Positions 54,674-63,348 of a stretch of 64,000 nucleotides of DNA are shown here, in pieces. Each line of letters opens with the position of its first letter. Position 1 is the first letter of the stretch. The DNA is taken from the NCBI GenBank assembly GCA_036386415.1, contig DASVVT010000088.1, forward strand, positions 1-64,000, given 5' to 3'. The position numbers and the translations under genes were made by a program. This stretch comes from Pyrinomonadaceae bacterium. Its GTDB lineage: Bacteria; Acidobacteriota; Blastocatellia; Pyrinomonadales; Pyrinomonadaceae. The notes beneath the pieces are model-generated. The model made no database searches, had not been told where the DNA came from, and saw only the letters and a list, made by a program, of their open reading frames with translations.

Positions 54674-54850
54674 GGGATGAGGGATGAAGAAAAGAAAGCA
54701 GCAGGCGGCAAGCAGAGCGCAGTAAGCGGAAAGCGTGAGAGCGTAAGCAACAAAAATCCAACCTCTGCTGGCTTTAGCTTTTTGTCTTCATTCATCCCTC
54801 ATCCCTCATCCCTCATCCCTTCGCAAGTCCCTCATCCCTCATCCCTCATC
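54629..54850. repeat. Hairpin built from AGGGATG heptamers (>=8 units per arm) at the junction of the two ABC transporter genes
   Basis: AGGGATGAACAAAGGGATGAGGGATGAACGAAGGGATGAGGGATGAGGGATGAGGGATGAAG -98-nt loop- CTTCATTCATCCCTCATCCCTCATCCCTTCGCAAGTCCCTCATCCCTCATCCCTCATCCTTTCG. Confidence 0.9.
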
Positions 54851-56506
54851 CTTTCGTTTGTTGTCTTCCTCGTTCTCCTTTACGGCGTCGTCTATCCGAA
54901 TCTTCATGTGCTCGTCGCTTCGCTCTTGCGCGACGGCGCATGGTCTGTGGGTAATTACGTAGAGGCGCTCTCTAGCCGCACGGTGCAGGAATCAATCGCG
55001 TCGAGCATCGGCCTGTCGCTGCTGACGGTTCTGTTGTGCGCGCTGGTCGGTGTGCCGCTGGCTTTCCTCTTCGAGCGCTATGCGTTTCCGGCGCGGCGGC
55101 TCTTTGCGACGCTCGCGACGCTCCCGCTCGTGCTTCCGCCCCTGGTCGGCACGGTCGCCTTCATCTTCCTGTGCGGCGAGTCTGGCATTCTGGCGCGCGC
55201 CGTCCAGTGGGCGTTTGATTTAAGGAGCGCGCCGTGGTCTTTGCGCGGGTGGACGGCGCTTTTGATCTTTCACACCTACACGATGTACCCGTTCTTTTAC
55301 GTCCTGACAGGAGCCGGACTCAGGCTGACGGACGCAGGGCTCAGCGAAGCCGCGCGCAGTCTCGGCGCACAGCCCTTCACAGTTCTGCGTCGCGTCGTGC
55401 TGCCGCAACTGACGCCTTCTCTCATCGCCGCCGCGCTCCTGACCTTTATGACTTCAATGGCATCGTTTAGCGCGCCGCTTCTGTTCGGGGGCGGCGTGCG
55501 CGTGCTGACGCTTGAAATCTACAACGCGCGACAGCGCGGCGACGGGGCGGTGGCGCTCACGGAGACCGTCATCCTGGCGATAATCTCGCTTTGCGCGCTC
55601 CTCTTCTTTCAGCGCTACGAGGGGACGCGCCGGTTCGTCGCGGCGGCCATGAAGGGCACTGCGCGCCGCCGCTCGCCCATTAAGAGCGGGACGACGCGCG
55701 CCGTAGCCGTCATCTGCGGCTCCGTTTTCAGCATCGCCCTGGCGCTGCCGGTCGCCACGCTCGTGCTCGTCAGTTTCGCACGCGAAGGAGGCTGGACGAC
55801 GCAAGCCCTGCCTCCCTCATACACGCTCGATAACTACGCGCGTCTGCTCACCGAAGGCGGGACGGGCGAGGTGATTATCAACAGCCTGTTGATGTCCGGC
55901 ATCGCGGCTCTCGCGGCGCTCTGCTGGAGTTTCTGCGCAGCATCTCTGGTGGCGGGTGGTAAAAGATCAAGCGGCGTGAGATCAAGATGGCGGCGCGTGG
56001 TCTCGCTGCTCGTGCTCGTCCCCTGGGCTTTGCCGGGCACGGTCGTCGCTATCAGCATCAGTGAAGCTTACGGCGAGACGAACCCGCTCACGGGCTCCTT
56101 CATTCTCGTCGGCACGTTCTGGATTCTACCCGTCATCTACTTTCTGCGTTTTATGCCGCTCGTGGTGCGCGCCGTGCAGGCCAGCATGGAGCAGATAGAC
56201 CCTGCGCTGGAAGAAGCGGCGGGGAGCCTCGGCGCGCATTGGTGGCAGCGCTTCTGGCGTGTGCGGCTGCCGCTCATCTGGCACGGCGCGCTCGCAGGCG
56301 CGCTGCTGGCGTTCGTCATCGCGCTCGGCGAATACGTCGCCAGCGTGCTCGTCTTCGTCCCTTCAAACCGCCCCATCTCAATCGCCATCGCGAGCGAGAT
56401 GCGCGACTTTCGACTGGGCACTGCCGCCGCCTACGGCGTGATACTCATCTTCATCATCGCCGCCAGCATGGCAATCGCCGCAAGGCTGGAAAAAAGGAGA
56501 CGGTAA
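54677..56506 (+). CDS. ABC transporter permease with duplicated transmembrane domains (FbpB/ThiP-like); start codon uncertain
   Basis: Two EAA-loop-containing permease halves. The first ~55 codons of the listed ORF are encoded by the AGGGATG hairpin, so the true start is probably downstream (~54850+). Confidence 0.8.
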   Translation: MRDEEKKAAGGKQSAVSGKRESVSNKNPTSAGFSFLSSFIPHPSSLIPSQVPHPSSLILSFVVFLVLLYGVVYPNLHVLVASLLRDGAWSVGNYVEALSSRTVQESIASSIGLSLLTVLLCALVGVPLAFLFERYAFPARRLFATLATLPLVLPPLVGTVAFIFLCGESGILARAVQWAFDLRSAPWSLRGWTALLIFHTYTMYPFFYVLTGAGLRLTDAGLSEAARSLGAQPFTVLRRVVLPQLTPSLIAAALLTFMTSMASFSAPLLFGGGVRVLTLEIYNARQRGDGAVALTETVILAIISLCALLFFQRYEGTRRFVAAAMKGTARRRSPIKSGTTRAVAVICGSVFSIALALPVATLVLVSFAREGGWTTQALPPSYTLDNYARLLTEGGTGEVIINSLLMSGIAALAALCWSFCAASLVAGGKRSSGVRSRWRRVVSLLVLVPWALPGTVVAISISEAYGETNPLTGSFILVGTFWILPVIYFLRFMPLVVRAVQASMEQIDPALEEAAGSLGAHWWQRFWRVRLPLIWHGALAGALLAFVIALGEYVASVLVFVPSNRPISIAIASEMRDFRLGTAAAYGVILIFIIAASMAIAARLEKRRR

Positions 56507-56636
56507 GTCAGTAGACAGTAGTCAGTAGTCAGTAGCCAGTAGAAAAGCGTTCGCTAGCGAGCGCGTCATGGTGACGGCGTCAGTACCCGCAGCGCGGAGC
56601 GCCTACTGACTACTGACTACTGTCTACTGTCTACTG
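56507..56636. repeat. AGTAGTC-heptamer hairpin element, copy E
   Basis: GTCAGTAGACAGTAGTCAGTAGTCAGTAGCCAGTAG / CTACTGACTACTGACTACTGTCTACTGTCTACTG. Loop diverged but shares GCGCGGAGCGCCTACTGAC with copy B. Confidence 0.9.
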
Positions 56637-56638
56637 TA

Positions 56639-57136
56639 TTGTATATTCTTCCCTTGATGGCTCTCTTTAACTGTCTGAAGTGGCCTGAGATGCGGGAGGT
56701 TGCGCTCGAACTCATCGCGAGGGTGCATGAGGGGCACGGGCGCGGGCGCTTCTCGATCCCTGTGGTCGATTTCGCGCGCGTCTTTGCGCCCGGTGCGAGT
56801 GAGACGGAATTAGCGAAAGTCGCAGAGCGCGGCGACATTCATTTCACGGCGCAGGGTGAGAGCGGCGGCACGTTCACACTTACAGCGGGGCTGCGTGCGA
56901 CCTTCGATCTGGGACGCGAGGGGCTGGTCATGCGCGTCCCCGAACGCATGAGCGGCCACTACGAGGTTCGCGCTCGCGCTTTCAATATAGAATTCAACAA
57001 AGGCGAAGAGCTGGAAGGCTGCAAACGTCTTCTGATTCTCGTCTGCCATCGCGTCGTCAGCGTGGAGGTCTCTTCCGCGCGCGTCGATGTGCACTTACCG
57101 AGCAGGATTTTTGACCTGTGTGTAGAGTTCGGATGA
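56639..57136 (+). CDS. Hypothetical protein (TTG start; may start further downstream at MREVALEL)
   Basis: ORF only; no recognisable motif. Confidence 0.35.
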   Translation: MYILPLMALFNCLKWPEMREVALELIARVHEGHGRGRFSIPVVDFARVFAPGASETELAKVAERGDIHFTAQGESGGTFTLTAGLRATFDLGREGLVMRVPERMSGHYEVRARAFNIEFNKGEELEGCKRLLILVCHRVVSVEVSSARVDVHLPSRIFDLCVEFG

Positions 57137-59781
57137 TTATCAATCAAAGATCACAGAACAAGCATCTGCACCACGCGGTGCGCGCTTTCCTCGCGTTCTC
57201 TCTCGCGGCGCTGCTGGCCGTCTCCTGGCTCGACGATGTCGCGCCGCGATCCCTGGCAGCCAGCACGTCGAAAGAGGATGCGGCGCTCTATCAGGCGCTG
57301 CTTGACCTGACCAATCCCTGGACGGTGATGTGCGTCGCCGCGCACCCGGACGACGAGGACGGCGCGACGCTGACCCTGCTCCGGCGCAAATACGGCGTGC
57401 ATACCGTGACGCTCTTTTCCACTTACGGCGAAGGCGGCCAGAACGCCGTCGGGCCGGAGTTGTACGAAGAGTTGGGCGCGATGCGCGCGCGTGAGACGCT
57501 GGAAGCGGCGGAGATTCAAGGCTCTGAAGCCTACTTTCTGGGGCTGCGTGATTTCGGCTTCTCGAAGTCCGCTGAGGAGGCTTTTCGCGTCTGGGGTCAC
57601 GAAGAGGCGCTCAAACGCATGGTCTTACAGATTCGGCGGCTGCGCCCGGACGTGATCATCACCAACCACGACACAGGAAGCGGCCACGGCCATCACCAGG
57701 CGACCGGACGGCTCGTGCTGGAAGCTTTCGATATGGCTGCCGACCCCGCACGATTCCCCGAACAACTGCGCGCCGGTCTGAGCGTCTGGCAGCCGCAGAG
57801 GCTTTTCGTACGCACCTTCTCTGAAAGCGGAGCTGGCGACAAAAAGGGCGCAGATGAAGCCCGTGGTCTGATTTCCATAGATGTCAACGAGCGCGACGCG
57901 GCGTGGGGATCGACGTACGCGCAGCAGGCTTTGCGCGCTCTGCAACGCCATGCCACGCAGGGCCCCTGGCCGCCAACGATTCCCGCAGGCGGACGCCCGC
58001 TCATTCGCTATCGCCTCGCGCGCACAGCGAAAGAGGCCGCGCCGTTGCCCGGCAATGCATCTTCATTCCTCGATGGTCTGACTCTGCCCGAATCCGTTGC
58101 AGGAAAACTCAGGCTATCGGCAGCGAGGACTTTCCTGGCGCTTTACGCCGATGCGGGAGGAGAAGGCGAACGCGTGCTCGGCGCGCTCATCGCTGCACGA
58201 AAAGAACGCGGACTCTTTGCACTGACCACAAACGATGACCCGCGCTTCCTCTTGATGTCCGCGCGCTTCGACCGCGCGCTGGCTGTGGCGAGCGGCGTCT
58301 CAGTAAACTTCGAGCCGCGCCGCGAGCCTTTGATACCCGGCGTGCACGCCGCTTTCAACATCAACATAGAAAATCGAGGCACTCTGCCCGTCACCGTCAA
58401 GAGCCTGTCTTTCAGCGGAGGCGGGCAAGGCGCGACGCCTCTGCTCAAGGAGCCCGTAGAGGTTGCGCCAGGCAAAACGTTTGTCGCCAAGGCCGAGTAT
58501 ACCGGCGCGAAGGCTTTAACGATCAACGTACCCCACGCGGCGCATCTTTACGATGGACGCGTCTTCGGCGAGCAGTTCAGCGCAGAAGCGTTAGTCAATC
58601 TGGGCGGCACGAGCTTTCCCGTCGTCTCGAAAACAATGGTCGATGTCGCGCCCGCCGTGGAGATCAAAAGCATCACGCCGTCGCCCATCGTCCTGACGCC
58701 GACAACTATCAATAAGCCCGTGCCTTTTACGCTCCGTCTTGTCAATCACCAGCGCGCGGAGTTCAGAGGAAGGGTCAAACTCGGCGGCCTGATAAATACA
58801 ACGCGCTCTGATCTACGGTTCACGATTGGAGCCAATGAGACGCTCGATTTTAAGAACCAGTTGAGCTTTCCCGCAGACCGCAATCGGCCAGGTCACGCCA
58901 ACAAGCCTGTCCCGGATGTGTTGGCGTTCGCAATCATCCCAGAGGGCAGGCAGAAACCGCTCACGCAGCAGACAGTCCGGGTCGCATACAGCGACGCGCG
59001 CGTTGCGGCTGGACTTCGCGTCGGCTACGTGCGCAGTTTCGACGACACATTGCGCGATGCCCTGGCTGCGCTCGGCGTCGAAGCGAAAGAGTTAACGGTC
59101 GATGATATTCGCGTCGGCGATTTAAAGCCGTATGACACGATCATCATCGACAATCGCGGTTATCAGGCGCACACGGAACTGATCGCCGCCAACCCGCGCC
59201 TGCTTGAGTACGTGAGCGCAGGGGGCACGCTGATCGTTTTCTATCACAAGCCGAATGAGTGGAATCCAGACCCCTCGAAGGGGCGCACGCAGCTTGCGCC
59301 CTACACGATCATGGCAGGCAACGAGCGCGTCACGGACGAGAACGCAGGCGTAGCCTTCGTCGAGCCCGCGCACGCGCTGCTCAACTTTCCGAACAAGATC
59401 ACGGCGGACGATTTCAGAGGCTGGATTCAAGAGCGCGGCCTCTATTATCCGGATCAATGGGATGAGCATTACAGCGCTCCGCTCGCCTCAAGCGATGCGG
59501 GCGAGAAGCCTTTGCGGGGCGGCTTGCTGGCCGCTGATTATGGGCGCGGGCGCTACATCTACACGAGCATGGTCTGGTACAGACAACTGCGCGCCGGCAT
59601 CCCCGGTGCTTATCGTATGTTCGCCAACATGCTCAGCTATGGGCGTATGCGGAATGCTGATTTCGGATTGCGGATTGAAAGATTTGTGATCTCAAATCTC
59701 AGACTTCAGATTCGAGATTCCAGGAGCGCCAATCCGCATTCCGCATTCCGAAATCCGCATTCCGTTTGGGGTTTTGAATGA
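57118..59781 (+). CDS. Secreted PIG-L/LmbE-family N-acetylglucosaminyl deacetylase with a large C-terminal extension (ThuA/class-I-glutamine-amidotransferase-like domain)
   Basis: AAHPDDEDGA and HDTGSGHGHH metal-binding motifs of the PIG-L family. Signal peptide. The last ~44 codons are encoded by hairpin element 59648-59764. Confidence 0.75.
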   Translation: MCRVRMIINQRSQNKHLHHAVRAFLAFSLAALLAVSWLDDVAPRSLAASTSKEDAALYQALLDLTNPWTVMCVAAHPDDEDGATLTLLRRKYGVHTVTLFSTYGEGGQNAVGPELYEELGAMRARETLEAAEIQGSEAYFLGLRDFGFSKSAEEAFRVWGHEEALKRMVLQIRRLRPDVIITNHDTGSGHGHHQATGRLVLEAFDMAADPARFPEQLRAGLSVWQPQRLFVRTFSESGAGDKKGADEARGLISIDVNERDAAWGSTYAQQALRALQRHATQGPWPPTIPAGGRPLIRYRLARTAKEAAPLPGNASSFLDGLTLPESVAGKLRLSAARTFLALYADAGGEGERVLGALIAARKERGLFALTTNDDPRFLLMSARFDRALAVASGVSVNFEPRREPLIPGVHAAFNINIENRGTLPVTVKSLSFSGGGQGATPLLKEPVEVAPGKTFVAKAEYTGAKALTINVPHAAHLYDGRVFGEQFSAEALVNLGGTSFPVVSKTMVDVAPAVEIKSITPSPIVLTPTTINKPVPFTLRLVNHQRAEFRGRVKLGGLINTTRSDLRFTIGANETLDFKNQLSFPADRNRPGHANKPVPDVLAFAIIPEGRQKPLTQQTVRVAYSDARVAAGLRVGYVRSFDDTLRDALAALGVEAKELTVDDIRVGDLKPYDTIIIDNRGYQAHTELIAANPRLLEYVSAGGTLIVFYHKPNEWNPDPSKGRTQLAPYTIMAGNERVTDENAGVAFVEPAHALLNFPNKITADDFRGWIQERGLYYPDQWDEHYSAPLASSDAGEKPLRGGLLAADYGRGRYIYTSMVWYRQLRAGIPGAYRMFANMLSYGRMRNADFGLRIERFVISNLRLQIRDSRSANPHSAFRNPHSVWGFE
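59648..59764. repeat. ATTGCGG-heptamer hairpin element, copy 2
   Basis: Arms GCGGAATGCTGATTTCGGATTGCGGATTG / CAATCCGCATTCCGCATTCCGAAATCCGCATTCCG. Loop AAGATTTGTGATCTCAAATCTCAGACTTCAGATTCGAGATTCCAGG is conserved with copy 1 (reverse orientation). Confidence 0.85.
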
Positions 59782-60410
59782 CACTAAAGATTTTGCTGAT
59801 CTTTGCCGTCACGGAACTGCTCTTGTCTATGACGCCCGGCCCGGCTGTGCTCTTAGTCATCTCGCAGGGAATGCGATTCGGTTTCGCGTCGAGCATCAGG
59901 GGCACGCTCGGCATCCTGACAGGCAACGCCATCTACTTCGCCCTCTCGGCGGCGGGGCTGGGCGCTCTGCTCATCGCTTCCGCCACGCTGTTTGAAGTAA
60001 TCAGGTGGGTTGGAATCGCCTATCTGGTCTACGTCGGTTTTCGGATGCTCATCTCGAAACCGGATCCACAGGAGGGACAAGATGGATCGACGCGGCTCGA
60101 GCGAAGGCGCTCGCTGAGATTATTCTCGCAGGGTTTGATAACTCAATTGTCTAACCCCAAAGCAATCGTCTTCTTTACAGCTCTCCTTCCACAGTTCATC
60201 TCTCCCGGCAACCATGTCTTTCAGCAATTCCTGTTGCTGGGCATCACGTCGATCAGCGTTGAGCTCCCCGTTCTCCTGGTCTACGGCTTGATCGCCGAGC
60301 GGGGCGTCAGTCTGATTCCAAAGGGTCGTCTGTCGGCGCTGCCAGATCGTGTGGCCGGTGCGTTTCTGATCGGCGCGGGGATCGGGCTGGCATCTATGCG
60401 GAAGCCTTGA
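59778..60410 (+). CDS. LysE/RhtB-family amino-acid exporter
   Basis: ~6-TM, 210 aa, N-terminal …ELLLSMTPGPAVLLVISQG… typical of LysE-type translocators. Its ATG overlaps the stop of the upstream gene (TGAATGA). Confidence 0.8.
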   Translation: MTLKILLIFAVTELLLSMTPGPAVLLVISQGMRFGFASSIRGTLGILTGNAIYFALSAAGLGALLIASATLFEVIRWVGIAYLVYVGFRMLISKPDPQEGQDGSTRLERRRSLRLFSQGLITQLSNPKAIVFFTALLPQFISPGNHVFQQFLLLGITSISVELPVLLVYGLIAERGVSLIPKGRLSALPDRVAGAFLIGAGIGLASMRKP

Positions 60411-60604
60411 AGCGCACGCGACGGACGCAGTCGGATTCGCCACGCTTCATAACAACAGATAGCAATAAACTTTGCTATTCCTTCGCGAAAATAAATCATC
60501 TTCTGGTCCAGAGGAATGTAATTTATTCTTTGACAAAATGCTTTCACGCATGTAAGTTGTATGTATACCTTCACAGAGGAGATTTGTGTACCAAAAATAA
60601 AACT

Positions 60605-61105
60605 ATGGCGAAGTGTGGTCATAAAGGCATCAGCCGCATCGATCAACCGGAGAGGAAAACGCACGGTTGGTACGTCAGGGTCAGCTTTAACGGTCAAAGG
60701 CGAGTGAAGTTCTTCAGCGACGCAGCGCATGGAGGCAAGGAACAGGCGCTTGAACGTGCTCTTGTTTACCGCAACGAAGCGGAAAAGGAGCTGGGCAAGC
60801 CTCGCACGAACCGTCTGGTCATCGCGCGTAATCCACGCAACCGCTCCGGGATTACGGGCGTGCAGCGAAAGACCAAGACAGTACGGACAAAGACGGGCGA
60901 GCGTGTGGTCAGAAACGTCTATGAAGTGACCTGGAACCCGGAGCCCGGCAGGTTGAAGCGGACATGGGTTTCGATAGACGAGTATGGCGAGGAAGCAGCT
61001 TTCCGCAAGGCTTGCGCAATCCGTCGGGAGAAGGAGCGCGAGATGTACGGCGAGGTGGTAGCGCCCAACTGGGAGGAGAGCCTCAGCAAGCTTTTCGCAA
61101 CCTAG
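60605..61105 (+). CDS. DNA-binding protein with two tandem AP2/ERF-like domains, in a lower-GC islet
   Basis: Start taken at MAKCGHKG (60605). The listed ORF extends upstream through AT-rich sequence. Domain 1: GISRIDQPERKTHGWYVRVSFNGQRRVKFFSD…EQALERALVYRNEAEKELGK. Domain 2: …RVVRNVYEVTWNPEPGRLKRTWVSIDEYGEEAAFRKACAIRREKEREMYG. Confidence 0.6.
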   Translation: MAKCGHKGISRIDQPERKTHGWYVRVSFNGQRRVKFFSDAAHGGKEQALERALVYRNEAEKELGKPRTNRLVIARNPRNRSGITGVQRKTKTVRTKTGERVVRNVYEVTWNPEPGRLKRTWVSIDEYGEEAAFRKACAIRREKEREMYGEVVAPNWEESLSKLFAT

Positions 61106-61481
61106 CAGATCATTCCCGTAGACGGGCAGCCTGCTGCTCATGCTGACAGGCTGGCGATTAAGTCGCTGTGCATGCGGTGCGCTTTTGAGCGCGACCGGCT
61201 CTGTCATGAGGCCGTCCTGAACCTGACGGCGACGCGTCAGTTGACTGGCGCGAGGTAGGGGAGAAGTGTCTCATCGATTTCCGGCTCATCTTCTGCATCT
61301 CGCCACGCTCGGTCACCCCCATCATTAAACTCTAGCCGCAGTGCCGACTCGCTCACTCGTCTCTCACCTTTGATTCAGATTGCGCACTACACACCTGTGA
61401 GCGTTAATCGCCATCTCTTGCGTACGTTTTCATTGTGCTATCATCTAGAGCGGATTCGATTCGCCTGTACGGAAGATAAAC

Positions 61482-61575
61482 TGCAAAGGTCGCCAAGGAA
61501 ACCGCAGAGGGCGCTGGAGATTCCTTTTGCGCCCTCTGCGTCTTCATCCTTTGCGTCCTTTGCGGTGGCATGGCT
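61482..61575. repeat. CGCAAAG-type hairpin element, copy G6
   Basis: CTGCAAAGGTCGCCAAGGAAACCGCAGAGGGCGC … GCGCCCTCTGCGTCTTCATCCTTTGCGTCCTTTGCGG. Confidence 0.8.
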
Positions 61576-61659
61576 CTCGCCGTACACACGATTGAAATTT
61601 GTTCTAGATCCGCTGCATTTCCCTGCTAGATTGAAAGGCTCACCTCTGATACAGCCGTC

Positions 61660-62496
61660 ATGACGATTCATGAATCAGACAGACCGCTCGTTGCGCTCAC
61701 CATCGCCGGATTCGACCCTTCCGGCGGCGCGGGCATCATCGCGGACGTTAAAACTTTCACGGCCTTTGGCTGCTTTGCGACGGCCGCCGTCACCTCGCTG
61801 ACTTTCCAGAACACGACTGGCGTTTTTGGCGCGGTACACCAGACAGCGGCAGATGTGCGCGCGCAGGTGATGCCGGTCGTTGAGGATTTCAGGGTCGCGT
61901 GTGTCAAGACCGGTATGCTGCCGACGCGTGAGGTGATTGCGGAGGTCGCGCGGCTGCTCGGCGAGACTGAGATGCCCGCACCGGTGGTCGATCCGGTTGT
62001 CCGCTCGACCTCCGGCTATGATCTGGTAGACGATGCGGCGCTCAAGGCATTGACCGAAGAGCTCTTACCACTGGCGCGCGTCCTGACGCCGAACATTCCG
62101 GAGGCAGAGCGTATCACGGGTCTTCGCATTACAGATGAAGAAGGGATGAAACAGGCCGCGCGCGTCATGCGAGAGATGGGAGCGCGCGCCGTGCTCGTCA
62201 AAGGCGGACACCTGAAAGCGCAGCGGGCAACAGGCAAGCCGTTGGCTGTAGATATACTTGATGATGGCGGGCGGATCACAGTCTTTCGTGAAGAGATGAT
62301 CGAAACAACCGCCACTCACGGGACGGGCTGCACGCTGGCCGCTGCTATAGCGGCCTGCCTCGGTCGCGGCTTGAGCCTGGAGGAAGCCACAGCGACCGCC
62401 AAACGCTTCGTCACAGACGCCATACGCCGCGCCTCGCATCTAGGCCACGGCCACAGCCCCATCGAACAGTCGAGAGTCTGGGGTCATGAGTCATGA
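61660..62496 (+). CDS. thiD: Hydroxymethylpyrimidine/phosphomethylpyrimidine kinase
   Basis: LTIAGFDPSGGAGIIADVKTF…, VKTGML, GTGCTLAAAIAA motifs of ThiD. Confidence 0.9.
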   Translation: MTIHESDRPLVALTIAGFDPSGGAGIIADVKTFTAFGCFATAAVTSLTFQNTTGVFGAVHQTAADVRAQVMPVVEDFRVACVKTGMLPTREVIAEVARLLGETEMPAPVVDPVVRSTSGYDLVDDAALKALTEELLPLARVLTPNIPEAERITGLRITDEEGMKQAARVMREMGARAVLVKGGHLKAQRATGKPLAVDILDDGGRITVFREEMIETTATHGTGCTLAAAIAACLGRGLSLEEATATAKRFVTDAIRRASHLGHGHSPIEQSRVWGHES

Positions 62497-62532
62497 GTCA
62501 AAAGCTAAACGGTAGAGTCCTGCTGTGATTAG

Positions 62533-62640
62533 TGCTCTGTGCCGCCTCTCTCGTCCTGCGGTGTCTGCGGTGGTGAGTGGTTCTGAAAGTTGATTCACCA
62601 CCGCAGACACCGCAGAACGCGGAGGATGCACAGAGAAGAG
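62533..62640. repeat. ~105-nt structured hairpin repeat, copy 2 (perfect 21-bp inner stem), between convergent thiD and ppiB
   Basis: CTGCGGTGTCTGCGGTGGTGA (62557-62577) / TCACCACCGCAGACACCGCAG (62596-62616). Outer arms GTGCTCTGTGCCGCCTCTC / GCGGAGGATGCACAGAG. Confidence 0.85.
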
Positions 62641-62705
62641 ATGGAACCAGGAGACTACTAGCTAAACAGTCTTTATCTTCTGATTTCTGACTCCAGACTC
62701 TAAAC

Positions 62706-63194
62706 TCATGACTCTTCGATGGTGACTTTCTCCATGGTCACGTCCGAGAGCGGCTTGTCATTGCGGTCTTTGTCGGTCGAGGCGATCTTGTCTACCACAT
62801 CCTGTCCCTCTGTGACGCGACCGAAGATGGTGTAGCTGGGCGGCAGCGGATAATCGACATGCATGATGAAGAACTGCGAGCCGTTGGTGTTCGGCCCGGC
62901 GTTAGCCATTGCCACCGTGCCTGCTTTATAACCGCGCCTGTAAACATCGGACGAGCTATTGATCTCGTCATTGAAGCGCCCGCCCCATGCTGATGCGCCG
63001 CCGCGTCCGGTGCCCGTCGGATCGCCCCCCTGAATCATGAATCCCTTGATGACCCTATGAAAGATGACGCCGTCGTAATAACCCTTCTCGGCCAGGAGAC
63101 GGAAATTCTCTGTCGTCTTCGGCGCGTCCTCTTCAAGCAACTCGAAGCGGATCGTGCCCATGTTCGTCTTGATGACTGCGGTGCGATTTGCCAT
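62706..63194 (-). CDS. ppiB: Cyclophilin-type peptidyl-prolyl cis-trans isomerase
   Basis: FHRVIKGFMIQGGD, GTVAMANAGPNTNGSQFFI cyclophilin signatures. Confidence 0.9.
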   Translation of the reverse strand: MANRTAVIKTNMGTIRFELLEEDAPKTTENFRLLAEKGYYDGVIFHRVIKGFMIQGGDPTGTGRGGASAWGGRFNDEINSSSDVYRRGYKAGTVAMANAGPNTNGSQFFIMHVDYPLPPSYTIFGRVTEGQDVVDKIASTDKDRNDKPLSDVTMEKVTIEES

Positions 63195-63212
63195 ATGTGC
63201 TCCTTTGGAAGA

Positions 63213-63348
63213 AGTAGTCAGTAGTCAGTAGTCAGTAATCAGTAGAAAGAAAGACCGCCTTTGCTGTCAACTTTGATTTAGATGCTCAATACGAGAACGC
63301 GTCAACCGCTTTTCTTTCCTACTGGCTACTGACTACTGACTACTGTCT
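63213..63348. repeat. AGTAGTC-heptamer hairpin element, copy F (loop module in reverse orientation)
   Basis: AGTAGTCAGTAGTCAGTAGTCAGTAATCAGTAG / CTACTGGCTACTGACTACTGACTACTGTCT. The minus strand of the loop carries GAAAGAAAAGCGGTTGACGCG…GAGCATCT. Confidence 0.9.

Noticed and set aside
60281-61207. 308-aa minus-strand ORF spanning the LysE 3' end and the AP2 gene
   Set aside because: Crosses an AT-rich intergenic region and overlaps two better-supported plus-strand genes. No motifs.
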